This document shows positions 10,351-20,093 of a DNA stretch of 64,000 nt, piece after piece. The stretch spans positions 38,980 to 102,979 of the forward strand of contig JBCBUK010000015.1 in assembly GCA_039818205.1 (NCBI GenBank), given 5' to 3'. The position numbers and the translations under genes were made by a program. Position 1 is the stretch's first letter. Every line of letters starts with the position of its first letter. The notes beneath the pieces are model-generated. The model did no database searches and was not told the DNA's origin. It saw only the letters and a program-made list of their open reading frames with translations. The DNA comes from Verrucomicrobiota bacterium (GTDB lineage: Bacteria > Verrucomicrobiota > Verrucomicrobiia > Opitutales > Cerasicoccaceae).

Positions 10351-10944
10351 TTAGCGTAGCTCATCCGCTTTTGTCCCTTGAGCCGAATGATACTCGGGTG
10401 GAAATTTATCTAGATGGTCAAATGCGACGCGATCGACTAACAGTCCGGAGAGATGGGAATCGAGCGCTCGAGATATTTCGCCTTTCAGCCTCTTGGGGTC
10501 TTTCTGAACATCAGCCCATGCAATCCGATTCGATTCTGATTGGATGACTTTGGTTGCTTGTTGTTCGATCAACGGGCGCAGTAATTCTCCATTGTTCAAT
10601 GCGTCGACTCCATACTGCCGAATCGCATATAAGGCTTCGTTTGGTTTGTCCGAAAGGCGAAAGTTGATGCCGATCTCGAGGTCAAACATTTGACCGTCTT
10701 CGGTCATGAGTGATTCCTCCGGACCCCGAAAGGAAAGCGCGAATGGAATGATCGTCAGGTCTAGAACACGATAGGTTTGTATGAGCGGAATGACCACCAG
10801 CGCATCAGCGGATAGCTTTGGACCACCGAAACCGTCTCGGAATATCGCCGAACCCGCTGGGGAGTTCTTCAGGCACAGAAGAGCTAGAACTCCAATCAGG
10901 AGGAAGAAAGATACTACTAATACAGCGATTTCGCCGGTGCTCAC
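10351..10944 (-). CDS. Membrane-anchored SPFH (band-7) domain-only protein
   Basis: N-terminal TM helix followed by a divergent SPFH domain (GFGGPK...VIPLIQTYRVLDL...LMTEDG); no coiled-coil tail; 4-bp overlap with the upstream gene. Confidence 0.75.
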   Translation of the reverse strand: MSTGEIAVLVVSFFLLIGVLALLCLKNSPAGSAIFRDGFGGPKLSADALVVIPLIQTYRVLDLTIIPFALSFRGPEESLMTEDGQMFDLEIGINFRLSDKPNEALYAIRQYGVDALNNGELLRPLIEQQATKVIQSESNRIAWADVQKDPKRLKGEISRALDSHLSGLLVDRVAFDHLDKFPPEYHSAQGTKADELR

Positions 10945-11630
10945 GTCTTTCCTCCTTCCTCTGCTGAGTGGGGAGCCTCTTCGGTGGCGATCACGATGTA
11001 GCGACGACCGTCATCGCTTTTTCTGACGATTTTTGCATGGTCACCCTTGGAGAGAAGATGCTCTCCTGCGTCCAATTGTACGCTGAACTTGCAGGGCACG
11101 CCATCATGCGAAACTACTATCTCGCCAAAGCTATCGGTGACCTCGCCGGTCGTGACGGTGCCCACGGCTCCAATAAATGTTTCCTTCTGGGAGGTGATTC
11201 CAAATATTCTTCTAATTAGACGGGCGAAAAATCTCATAACAACTCGAGTAACGTACCAGGCAATTGCCAGCGATCCGGCCATGATGGCGATTCCAATGCC
11301 CCAGACGCTGACTGGATTAAAAAAGTAGTTCAGCAGCATCATGGCCGACCACATAAGGGTAATAAAGAAAGTGAGCGAAACCGTGAACGGAGCTTCACCA
11401 TCGCTCAGTGCCCGTGAGAATCGCGCAAAGAAACCGGAGCCGTCGCTGTCGACTCCACCCTCTCCGTCCACGTCTAGGTCAAAGTCAAATGCAGCGCCAA
11501 AAATACTACCAAGAATGCTAAGCGTCCAGTAGAGTAGCACGAGGCCTAACATGATGGTAAATGGCAAATTATACCAGCGTGTTGCCTCGGTGTAAATTTG
11601 CTCTAGAAGGTCCATGGTTGGGAAGTTCAT
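10941..11630 (-). CDS. YqiJ/NfeD-like membrane protein (flotillin partner)
   Basis: TM helices, acidic DFDLDVDG linker, GEAPFTV motif and a C-terminal OB-fold (IGAVGTVTTGEVTDSFGEI...LSKGDHAKIV). Confidence 0.8.
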   Translation of the reverse strand: MNFPTMDLLEQIYTEATRWYNLPFTIMLGLVLLYWTLSILGSIFGAAFDFDLDVDGEGGVDSDGSGFFARFSRALSDGEAPFTVSLTFFITLMWSAMMLLNYFFNPVSVWGIGIAIMAGSLAIAWYVTRVVMRFFARLIRRIFGITSQKETFIGAVGTVTTGEVTDSFGEIVVSHDGVPCKFSVQLDAGEHLLSKGDHAKIVRKSDDGRRYIVIATEEAPHSAEEGGKT

Positions 11631-11869
11631 CTTTTTTGTGACTTATATGCGGTTTTGTCGAGTATAGTTGCTCGGATGTATCGAAATCCATTACATTAAT
11701 CACGGTCTTTTATAAAGAGACTGAAGGTTGCCGATCACTCGTTTTTTTGAAATCCTTTTTCCTGGACGATTGATTGGAATCTCACGCAGTATGGCTTAGT
11801 GAGCTCGATCTGAGCCGCACATGTAAATTCAAGCTGGCCGAAAGAGCGGATTCTTTTATCAATTAATCT

Positions 11870-13912
11870 GTGGAAAATTGTGTTCACCGGCTAGACTCGA
11901 TTAATAGCTCCAGTGTTGGTTTTGCTGGCGGAAAGGGGGCTTCGCTTGGCGAGTTGATCTCGGCAGGTTTCAATGTCCCCCAGGGATTCGTTGTTTCCCG
12001 GGTGGCCTTCGATGCATTTTTAGAAAATGCTGATCCCGACGGAAGAATTTCATCGCTCCTCGCCGATATCACTGACCGTAAATCCAAAGTGTTTCCGATT
12101 GCCCAAGAGATTTCGGCTTTCCTGGGGCCGGCTGAGATTCCGTCTAGTGTTTTAGGAGCGGTGGTTGGGCTCTATCGTCAGATGGGATTGGGGCGAGTGG
12201 CAATCCGATCCAGTGCGACCTGCGAGGATGGAGCCCAAAGTGCCTGGGCTGGCCAATTGGACACCTATTTTAATGTGAGTGAGGCGGAACTCGGAGAGAA
12301 ACTCAAGGAGTGTTGGCTATCCGCGTTCAGTCGTCGCGCGCTTGCTTATGCCGCTACGCACGGTTTTGACGGCTCGAATTTTGGCGTCGCGGTTGTTGTT
12401 CAAGAGATGATACCGAGCGCGATCTCTGGCATCGGCTTCTCGGTTCACCCCGTAACACAGGAGCCCAATCTAAGCCTAATCGAGGCGTGTTTTGGCTTAG
12501 GTGAGGCAATTGTGTCTGGAGAAGTCTCTCCGGACGCTTTCCTGCTGGATAAGGAAACGGGTGGGATTGTCGAGAGCTCCCGAGGCAATCAGAAGAAAGC
12601 CTTGGTGCTCGAGCCAGAGTCTCCGCAGCCGACTTGGCGCAATCTCGGTGACAAGGGTGCTGAGCCGAAACTGACTGATAGCCAAGCGCTCGAATACGGT
12701 GACATTTTGAACCGCATAGAGGCGCACTACTGCCGTCCGATGGATACGGAATGGGCCTACTACAACGGCGGGTTTCATGTGTTGCAAGCCCGGCCGATTA
12801 CGACACTTGCCCCAGGATACGACGAAAAATTTATTGATGATTCCGAGCCGTGGATGCGGCTTGTTAAACGTCCGTTTTCGCTGCTGGAGTATTCCATCAT
12901 CGGGCATTGGACGGATCCTAAACATGCCGCGAAAGACCTCGGCATCGAACGCTTGGATCACTTTCTTGGAATTCAGGATGATGCCGGGATGACGCATATG
13001 TATTTCCCAGAGCCACGGCTTATCGCGGCTCACGATCACCTGCTTGATCTGCGACAGAACGACCGCGATAAATTGATCGGTATCCTGGAGAAGGGCAAAC
13101 AGCTCTACGAAGAAGGGATGCAACGAATCGACAACGGAGTCACCTTCTCGAGTTTGCAAGAAGCCGCCGATTACTTCTGTGAAATCGGAAAATACACGGT
13201 GATCGTGCCAGCTTGGCTGCTGCTCGCAATGGAACGTGTGGGGGTGGATGATTCTGAAGTCCATGAACGTGCTGAGTGGTTGCGTGGTCACTCGGTGTAT
13301 CCTCGCTTGGTCCATAAACTGCTGCATCCCTACGTGATTGAACATGCTCGCGGGATCGGCTTTTCGGACCCCGAGCAAATACCCTTTGTCGCGACTTGGG
13401 ATGAACTTGTGCAAGGCGTAGATCTATCCGTGCTGGAAGCGCGTTTGGAGGCTGTTCGGTCCGGCTCGCGATTTGTCTACCAGATGATCGGCGAAGAATA
13501 CCAAGTTCGTTTGCTTCCGCAGACCGGTTACCTATTGATGCGATTGGCCCACGCGCACCTTCCGCCGGATCCGGAAGACGCGAATTGTTTAACGGGCCAA
13601 ACCGCTTGGCCAGGATTCCATCGTGGGCGAGCGCGCTTGGTATTGTCTTCTAATCCCGAGGGTTACCAGGTCGACCCTGGCGATGTCTTGGTTTCAGTTC
13701 AGTCCAATCCGAATCTAATGCCTTTGCTCAGGCATGCGGGAGCGATCGTCACCGACGAGGGTGGGGTTGCATGTCATGCGAGCATTGTCGCACGTGAACT
13801 CAAGGTGCCCGCGGTCACAGGCGTCGGGAATGCGACCAGTGCCATTCATGATGGCGACTTGATCGAAGTCGATGCGACTGAACAAGTCGTTAGGATCATC
13901 GAGCGTGTATAA
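11870..13912 (+). CDS. PEP-utilising dikinase-like enzyme with rifamycin-phosphotransferase-type domain order (ATP-grasp, substrate domain, His-swivel)
   Basis: GGKGASLGEL, AIRSSATCEDG...AGQ, VVVQEM, DTEWA, LQARPITT; C-terminal TDEGGVACHASIVAREL; no PEP-synthase TIM barrel. Confidence 0.85.
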   Translation: MENCVHRLDSINSSSVGFAGGKGASLGELISAGFNVPQGFVVSRVAFDAFLENADPDGRISSLLADITDRKSKVFPIAQEISAFLGPAEIPSSVLGAVVGLYRQMGLGRVAIRSSATCEDGAQSAWAGQLDTYFNVSEAELGEKLKECWLSAFSRRALAYAATHGFDGSNFGVAVVVQEMIPSAISGIGFSVHPVTQEPNLSLIEACFGLGEAIVSGEVSPDAFLLDKETGGIVESSRGNQKKALVLEPESPQPTWRNLGDKGAEPKLTDSQALEYGDILNRIEAHYCRPMDTEWAYYNGGFHVLQARPITTLAPGYDEKFIDDSEPWMRLVKRPFSLLEYSIIGHWTDPKHAAKDLGIERLDHFLGIQDDAGMTHMYFPEPRLIAAHDHLLDLRQNDRDKLIGILEKGKQLYEEGMQRIDNGVTFSSLQEAADYFCEIGKYTVIVPAWLLLAMERVGVDDSEVHERAEWLRGHSVYPRLVHKLLHPYVIEHARGIGFSDPEQIPFVATWDELVQGVDLSVLEARLEAVRSGSRFVYQMIGEEYQVRLLPQTGYLLMRLAHAHLPPDPEDANCLTGQTAWPGFHRGRARLVLSSNPEGYQVDPGDVLVSVQSNPNLMPLLRHAGAIVTDEGGVACHASIVARELKVPAVTGVGNATSAIHDGDLIEVDATEQVVRIIERV

Positions 13913-13936
13913 TTGAAGACGAAATCGGCAACGTTA

Positions 13937-16678
13937 CTATGGGGCTACTTGCTCGACCTTGAGCCGAAAGAACCGCCGTTCAGGAGTTGGGGGAGTGATT
14001 GCGATCTCATCGAATTCATTGCGCTTGATCGATACCCAGGAGGAGTGAGTCCAATCGCTGCTGCCACTACGCTGGGTAATGGTCGACCACGATTGGGCCT
14101 CGAGACTAGTGCTTGTTTGTATCTCGCAAATGATATCGCTCGGAAAGCTGCCGGGTACTTTTAGGGTGATCGCTAGAGCGCCGCCCTCGGTGGTCGTTTG
14201 CATGGCGCGGTTATTCAGTTGACGATACGACTGTAGTGGCTCGAAGCCGTAAACCTGTTCCACGATGAGCGAGAGCCCGTCGCCGTCGATATCGTCATCG
14301 GGAAGGCTGCCTGCTGGAATGGAGGGATAGAGCGCGAGCCAGTTGGCGAATGTTCGTCCTGAGATGCTTCGAACTTCGATCCCGTGAATCATGCCGCCAC
14401 CGACCATAGAGATGATGTCGATGTTCAAAAAACCGTCATCCACGTAGCGTTCCATTTGGTAGGCAGAAGGAGCGTTTCCATGGTTCGCAAATACGTCGAG
14501 ATCATCCAGTGCAATTTCATCTTCGATAACAACGTCGAAGACCCGATCACCCGCGGAGATACTTGTTGGTGGCAACGGCTCGCGAAAGAAGAGCGTGATC
14601 TGATAGAGCCCGTTGGCGATCGGGACGCTCCAATTGATTGGTTCGGGGCGGGTTGGGGCAACGTAGCGAAAACGCCCGAAAATGTCCTTGGGAGCGCTGG
14701 TCGTGTTTGGACCATTAAAATTTGGAGGACCGCTTTTGAAAACCCATTGGTCATCGACGAGATAGGTCGAGGTCGGATCGTCGGTTGTCCAATTCAGTTG
14801 ATTATCGACCAGCTCGGGTCCGGCACAGTTGATGCGTAGAACGACACTGCCGCCGTTAGGAACGTAGAAGCTATCCGAAGCTTGTGCGCCGGCGCTATCG
14901 TTAACCGTGCAGGAATAGGTTCCCGTTGGTAGGCTGGAAAGGGACTCGGTGGTTGGACCGTGGTTCCATTGGACAGAGTAGGGGGCAATGCCACCGCGGA
15001 TCCTTAGCGCAATCGAGCCATTGGAGGCATGGTCGGTTTCGGCTATGATGTCCGCGGCCACTTCAACTGCATCCGGTTGAGTTAATCGTACGATACCATC
15101 GATCGAGTTAGAATCGCTATCGGTTATCGTGTATGCGTAGTTGATTCCACCGATAAGTCCTGAACGTTGGGAGCCGCTTGCGCCATCGGACCATGCGACG
15201 GAGTAGGGTGGGGTGCCGCCAATCGTATGAAGCTCGATGCTGCCGTTGGGGCTCTGGTAGCGAGTTGGGCGGGTAATGACCGTTTGAACGGACAGGTTCC
15301 CGGATTCATGGGCACCAAGATCGTATGCGTTTCCTGCTGGCCGTGGGCCGCCAAATAGATCAGCGGTCACTCCAAGGGATGAGAGATCTTCACCGCCATC
15401 AATCGCTGTGGAGCCATTGGTGAGGCGGTAGTCGTCTCGAGTCGGGTCGGAAAATGCTAGTGATGCAAGGTGGTGGGTTAACAGATTGTTCTGTACGACC
15501 ACCGGGACACCGCCGTCGTTGATGTAAATCTGGTCGCTATCGATCGCTTGAAGTAAGATGAGATTATTCCGATAATCCTTTGTCGTAATGTGACCGTAGG
15601 CGGCCAGCGGATGGCTTTCACTCAGAATGATCGTGTTGTTGAAAATCCGATGGGTTCCCGGAACCGATCGATTGCGATCAGCTGAAAGGATACCGACTCC
15701 TCCCGGCCGTATGATCATGTTGTTGTAGATCTCACAGTCACCCAGGCCGAGATCGAATATACCAGCCCCACCGTTGCCGTCTTTAACCAGGTTGTTGAAA
15801 CACTCCATTCGGCTGCCAGGATTGATTTGAATGCCTGCCCGTTGGCCAAAAACCTGAAGGGTGCCCGTATTGCAAACCGTGTTGTTGAAGATTCGGCTCC
15901 CTCCAATTGCAGATCCGACTTGGATGCCATCCCAACCGCAATCGGTAACGATATTGTCGTAGATATCTATATTCGCGACGGAGTGTCGATAGTAGGGCAC
16001 GCCATCGACGAGTGTGGTGTTATCATAGTTAGAGTGACCACAATACATACCTTCGTGAACAACTCCGTGAACGTAGTTGTTGTGGATGTCGACATTGCGC
16101 ATGGTGAATTCCCCCTCAACCGCCAGACGTTCGACACCATCAATTATGTAGCGACCGGTCTCGGTTTTTGCGTTGATCCCACTGCTATCGACATTCGCTA
16201 TTTCGATATAGCACATGACAAAGTCGGACGTGAACGGCGCGAACGAAATGCCGTGGTGGGTGGCGTTGGTTATCTTGATACCATAAGGAAGACCAGCAAC
16301 GCCATCGCCACGAAACTCAAAATGATTGCATTGATCAAATACAACTCCTTCAACCAATGACGCCGCGTCGCTGCCATCAATGATCACCTGGCCGCCGGTG
16401 TTTTCAACGATAACTGGGTTATCCGCTGTCCCGTTAATTTTGGTGAATCGCATGTTCCCGCGGCGGCCGGGAGAGAGCTGGATGATGTCTCCCGGAGAGA
16501 CGCCCAATGTGTCACCGTGGACGATCTCTTGTGACAAGGGAATCACATGCGTTGCGGAATTCGCAGTTGCCAGGAATAGGAAGAAAAATACGCCTCCAAA
16601 AAACGTATTGAAGAGAGCTCGCTGCCGCCGCGGAGGATCGCTACGACCTTGAAAAAACTTCGGTGTAAGATGTAACAT
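13937..16678 (-). CDS. Secreted right-handed beta-helix protein with SprB-like repeats, malectin domain and verrucomicrobial-style C-terminal domain
   Basis: Signal peptide; beta-helix repeats (IHNNYVH, IYDNIV, IFNNTV); DLFGGPRPAGNAYDLGAHE; two GSI...GGxxPYSVxW repeats; VLRINCAGP...RVFDVVIE malectin motifs; tail DIDGDG...RFFRLKV. Confidence 0.8.
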   Translation of the reverse strand: MLHLTPKFFQGRSDPPRRQRALFNTFFGGVFFFLFLATANSATHVIPLSQEIVHGDTLGVSPGDIIQLSPGRRGNMRFTKINGTADNPVIVENTGGQVIIDGSDAASLVEGVVFDQCNHFEFRGDGVAGLPYGIKITNATHHGISFAPFTSDFVMCYIEIANVDSSGINAKTETGRYIIDGVERLAVEGEFTMRNVDIHNNYVHGVVHEGMYCGHSNYDNTTLVDGVPYYRHSVANIDIYDNIVTDCGWDGIQVGSAIGGSRIFNNTVCNTGTLQVFGQRAGIQINPGSRMECFNNLVKDGNGGAGIFDLGLGDCEIYNNMIIRPGGVGILSADRNRSVPGTHRIFNNTIILSESHPLAAYGHITTKDYRNNLILLQAIDSDQIYINDGGVPVVVQNNLLTHHLASLAFSDPTRDDYRLTNGSTAIDGGEDLSSLGVTADLFGGPRPAGNAYDLGAHESGNLSVQTVITRPTRYQSPNGSIELHTIGGTPPYSVAWSDGASGSQRSGLIGGINYAYTITDSDSNSIDGIVRLTQPDAVEVAADIIAETDHASNGSIALRIRGGIAPYSVQWNHGPTTESLSSLPTGTYSCTVNDSAGAQASDSFYVPNGGSVVLRINCAGPELVDNQLNWTTDDPTSTYLVDDQWVFKSGPPNFNGPNTTSAPKDIFGRFRYVAPTRPEPINWSVPIANGLYQITLFFREPLPPTSISAGDRVFDVVIEDEIALDDLDVFANHGNAPSAYQMERYVDDGFLNIDIISMVGGGMIHGIEVRSISGRTFANWLALYPSIPAGSLPDDDIDGDGLSLIVEQVYGFEPLQSYRQLNNRAMQTTTEGGALAITLKVPGSFPSDIICEIQTSTSLEAQSWSTITQRSGSSDWTHSSWVSIKRNEFDEIAITPPTPERRFFRLKVEQVAP

Positions 16679-17048
16679 AGATATTGGCGATTGGGATTGC
16701 CGATGGCATTAGTTTATAAACTGGTACTAATCAAGTGTAGCGTTTTGTTGCCTTAGCTATCCGCTTTTGATTCACAATCGCTAGATATCTAGATCATTGA
16801 TGACGAATTGTTTAAGTGTTCAAACTATAGCGTTTTCTTGATTTCGTTGGTCTGGGAGTTTTACGTTTTCACACAAGTTTCACGATCGCTTTTCCAATGC
16901 CTCCAACAATGCGGTCTGCATTGATTCTCAGACCTTTCAGCGAACCGCACCATAGCTTTGAAGCCGCACATATCGGTATTAGGCGACCGCGAGTGCTAGA
17001 AACGATTTCTCTCGCCCTTTAGATACTATCGGAGATATTTGACGGTGG

Positions 17049-19235
17049 ATGTGTAAGTTTTGGAGTCGCTCCGCACTGGTTTTTGCCGCCTGGCTGATCA
17101 GCGCTAGCATAGATGCTGAGCCCCTGAAGAGTATCGGTGAGATTTGGAATCTCGATCTCATACCGACTGATGAGCCTCGTCCCGTCGAGTTCGAATCGCA
17201 GGTCGTCTGGGTCGATGAGGTTAAGGGGGCATTTTTTATCTACGACGGAGACCGTGGAATCTACGTCTACCGAGAACGTTCTTATGATCCCAATATCCAT
17301 CCCGAGGTTGGTGATATTGTTGCGATCACCGGGTATGCCGCCCCGGGTGGAATCTCACCAGCAATCGAGGAGGCCGACTTCCGAGTTGTGGGGCATGAGC
17401 CACTTCCCGAAGCTAAGGTTTACTCGGGTGATCTGCGCGAGAGTGCGATGCTTGATTGTGAGTGGATGAAACTTTCCGGTCGATTGGTCTCCATGCGAGT
17501 GTTTACCAATCTCGAGGTCATCCTAGTCGAGGTCGTGCGGAATAACTATACGTTGAACATTAAGTTACCCTACAGCCAGGAGTCCGTCAGACGCTTTCAA
17601 GAAATCATGCTGGATGTGGTTGAGGTGGATGTGGTCGCCGGGTCCACTTACAATACGGACCGGCAGCTTACGGGTCGGATCTTCTTCGCAAGTTCCGCGG
17701 ATGATTTTGTTGTCGTGGACTCCCAAGCGGGCGAGTTCCAGAACCCGGATGACTACGCAATCGGCGAATTTATGGGACGGTCCTTTGACCACCGCCGAGT
17801 GGTCAGGAGTGAGGGCGTAGTCACTGCGGTCGGTGACCGGGAGATCTATCTTCAGGATGGAGACTCAAGTGTTCAGGTTAGCGTCGTTTACCCAAGCCAG
17901 TTTGGAGTGGGCAACCTGGTTTCGGTCGAAGGTTTTGTCGTCCCTGGTCCGGTTAGCCCGGGGTTTCTCGCCCGCAAGAGCAAGTTCATTAGTAGAGCCA
18001 ACGTTCCGTCGCCGACTCGTATTGATGCCAGCGTCGATCTACCGTCGCGATACAACTATGACCTTGTTAAGGTTGACGCGGTTATTGTTGATATTGTTCA
18101 ACAAATTCCTCCGCCGAGCTGGATGGCAAAAGCGGGTAAGGGGATCGTATTGATGTGCCGTGCTGGCGATCGATTGTTTGAGGCGCGTTTGCCTCGAGGC
18201 GCTGAAGTGGCTGATAAATTGACCGTTGGGTCGACGGTCGAGTTGACCGGTATCTGTCATTTGATTCGGAACCCAGATGTTCAATGGACCGTTGGTATTC
18301 GCGGTTTTTGGCTACAGCTCAGAGACATACGAGATATCAAAATTATTGCTCCAGCCCCCTGGTGGACGGCGGAGCGCGCTGCTTGGGTCGTTGGCGGCGC
18401 GCTGGGGCTATCAGCTCTTTTCTTCGCTTGGATTCTGTTGCTTCATCGAACCGTTGAGCGCCAAACGAAGTTGATCGGCGAGAAAATTGAGCAAGAAACT
18501 TTGATCAACGAGCGGCAACGGGTAGCTCGCGAGCTTCACGACAATTTGGATCAGGGTCTTACCGGCGCAGCGGTACATTTGCGGGCGAGCCGAAAGTTCC
18601 TCAGTTCGCGGATCGACAAATTTGTTGGTTCTATCCGGGGAGTAATTGAGTCCTCTGATGGCCTGAATACATCTTGCAAGGAGCAGCTTAACCAGCAGCT
18701 GTCCGAACTAGCAACCGACAAGGAGAAAGGGCTTCATGAGCTCGGAACCATTCAATCCATGCTGACCTATTGCGGACGGGAGTCTCGTTCCTATATTCTC
18801 GAGTTGCGCGGCGGACTTCTGGAGAAAATGGATTTGCCGGCTGCAGTTGATGAGGTCACCCGACCTTTGGTGGTTCCATTTGGGGCAGAGTTGGCAATCT
18901 CGACTCACGGCTCATATCGGCGATTGCGCCAAGACGTTGAATGGCATCTGTTGATGGTCGTACGAGAGTCCGTCGCTAATGCAATGATGCATGGGCAGCC
19001 AAAATCGGTGTCGGTTGTTATGCGTTTCGAGGGAGATGGTCTCCAGTTTTCCGTGTCTGATGACGGGCAAGGGTTTGATTTGAAGTCTGCCCTGAAATCG
19101 GGGCGGCTCGGTATTCAAGGAATGAAAGAGCGCATGAATCGCCTGGGTGGTGTGCTGGATATCGAAAGTGAACCCGGGAAGGGAACGGAGGTAATCATCA
19201 GTGTTGATTCGTTCCGAAAATCGGAATTGAATTAG
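17049..19235 (+). CDS. Membrane sensor histidine kinase (HisKA_3 type) with large periplasmic region
   Basis: Signal peptide, TM after APWWT, H-box [18 protein letters not shown]-box [28 protein letters not shown]. Confidence 0.92.
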   Translation: MCKFWSRSALVFAAWLISASIDAEPLKSIGEIWNLDLIPTDEPRPVEFESQVVWVDEVKGAFFIYDGDRGIYVYRERSYDPNIHPEVGDIVAITGYAAPGGISPAIEEADFRVVGHEPLPEAKVYSGDLRESAMLDCEWMKLSGRLVSMRVFTNLEVILVEVVRNNYTLNIKLPYSQESVRRFQEIMLDVVEVDVVAGSTYNTDRQLTGRIFFASSADDFVVVDSQAGEFQNPDDYAIGEFMGRSFDHRRVVRSEGVVTAVGDREIYLQDGDSSVQVSVVYPSQFGVGNLVSVEGFVVPGPVSPGFLARKSKFISRANVPSPTRIDASVDLPSRYNYDLVKVDAVIVDIVQQIPPPSWMAKAGKGIVLMCRAGDRLFEARLPRGAEVADKLTVGSTVELTGICHLIRNPDVQWTVGIRGFWLQLRDIRDIKIIAPAPWWTAERAAWVVGGALGLSALFFAWILLLHRTVERQTKLIGEKIEQETLINERQRVARELHDNLDQGLTGAAVHLRASRKFLSSRIDKFVGSIRGVIESSDGLNTSCKEQLNQQLSELATDKEKGLHELGTIQSMLTYCGRESRSYILELRGGLLEKMDLPAAVDEVTRPLVVPFGAELAISTHGSYRRLRQDVEWHLLMVVRESVANAMMHGQPKSVSVVMRFEGDGLQFSVSDDGQGFDLKSALKSGRLGIQGMKERMNRLGGVLDIESEPGKGTEVIISVDSFRKSELN

Positions 19236-19237
19236 GA

Positions 19238-19867
19238 ATGCTCAAAGAAACCCGGGTTTTGGTCGTTGATGACAACGGCTTGCTAAGAATTGGGCTGACA
19301 GCAGCAATTAATCTCGAAAGCGGATTGGAGTCAGTTGGTGCGGCGGCGAGCGCAGATGAAGCCCTTGCCCTCTATCGCGAGACGATGCCAGATGTCGTGA
19401 CGATGGATTTCCGTATGCCAGGCAAATCCGGGATTGAATGCACCAAAGAACTTTTGGCCGAGTACCCGGAGGCGAAGATCATCCTGTATTCAGTCTATGA
19501 ATCTGAAGATGATATCTGGAATGCGGTGCAAGCAGGGGTAGTTGGTTATTTGACCAAGGATGCTGGCGAGGTTGAGGAGTATATGGAGGCAATTCGTGAA
19601 GTTGCCAATGGTGAGACATTTTTTCCCGCTTCCATTTCTGAGAAGATTGAGGCGCGCAGGCAATGGATCGACCTCACGGCTCGAGAGCTGGAAATCTTGC
19701 AACTCCTGGGAGAAGGCAAGAGTAACAAGGAGCTTGCTGAACGATTAGATATTTCGCTGAACACGACGAAGATTCATATTAAGAATATTCGTGAAAAGCT
19801 CGGAGCGAGCGATCGCACCCAGGCAGTTGTTATTGCATTCAAGCGTGGAATTTTGCGGGTCCAGTAG
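19238..19867 (+). CDS. NarL/LuxR-family response regulator
   Basis: [41 protein letters not shown]; 2 bp after the kinase. Confidence 0.95.
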   Translation: MLKETRVLVVDDNGLLRIGLTAAINLESGLESVGAAASADEALALYRETMPDVVTMDFRMPGKSGIECTKELLAEYPEAKIILYSVYESEDDIWNAVQAGVVGYLTKDAGEVEEYMEAIREVANGETFFPASISEKIEARRQWIDLTARELEILQLLGEGKSNKELAERLDISLNTTKIHIKNIREKLGASDRTQAVVIAFKRGILRVQ

Positions 19868-19923
19868 AGATAGGGTCTAGTTAGACGGCTTTGATCCCGC
19901 ATAACTAGTAGGATCAAGTCCAA

Positions 19924-19941
19924 ATAGCTCTTTTGAGCTAT
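19924..19941. promoter_or_regulatory. Palindrome ATAGCTC-N4-GAGCTAT, candidate response-regulator site
   Basis: Perfect 7-bp arms just upstream of a -10-like TACTAT (about 19964) ahead of the PEP-CTERM gene. Confidence 0.45.
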
Positions 19942-19977
19942 AGGCAATTTTTACAATTGTTGATACTATCTTATCCG

Positions 19978-20054
19978 AACCACGGTTCATCCTAACCTAA
20001 CCTCTTGGTATGCACGAATAAAGTGCACCCCCTCCAAGAGGCTTGGACGTGGTT
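19978..20054 (+). other. Structured 5' leader (nested stems)
   Basis: AACCACG/CGTGGTT, CCTCTTGG/CCAAGAGG and TGCAC/GTGCA form three nested pairings. Confidence 0.5.
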
Positions 20055-20093
20055 TATTGATAGTTCGTTAGACCCTAAAACAAAATAATCCTC

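Noticed and set aside
12497..13414. Long antisense ORFs (305 aa here; also 54976-55785 and 41813-42535)
   Set aside because: They lie opposite well-supported genes and have no motifs, consistent with codon-bias shadows.
11870..13912. Calling this ppsA or rph
   Set aside because: It has no pyruvate-binding TIM barrel, and the central domain is not recognisable as the rifamycin-binding domain.
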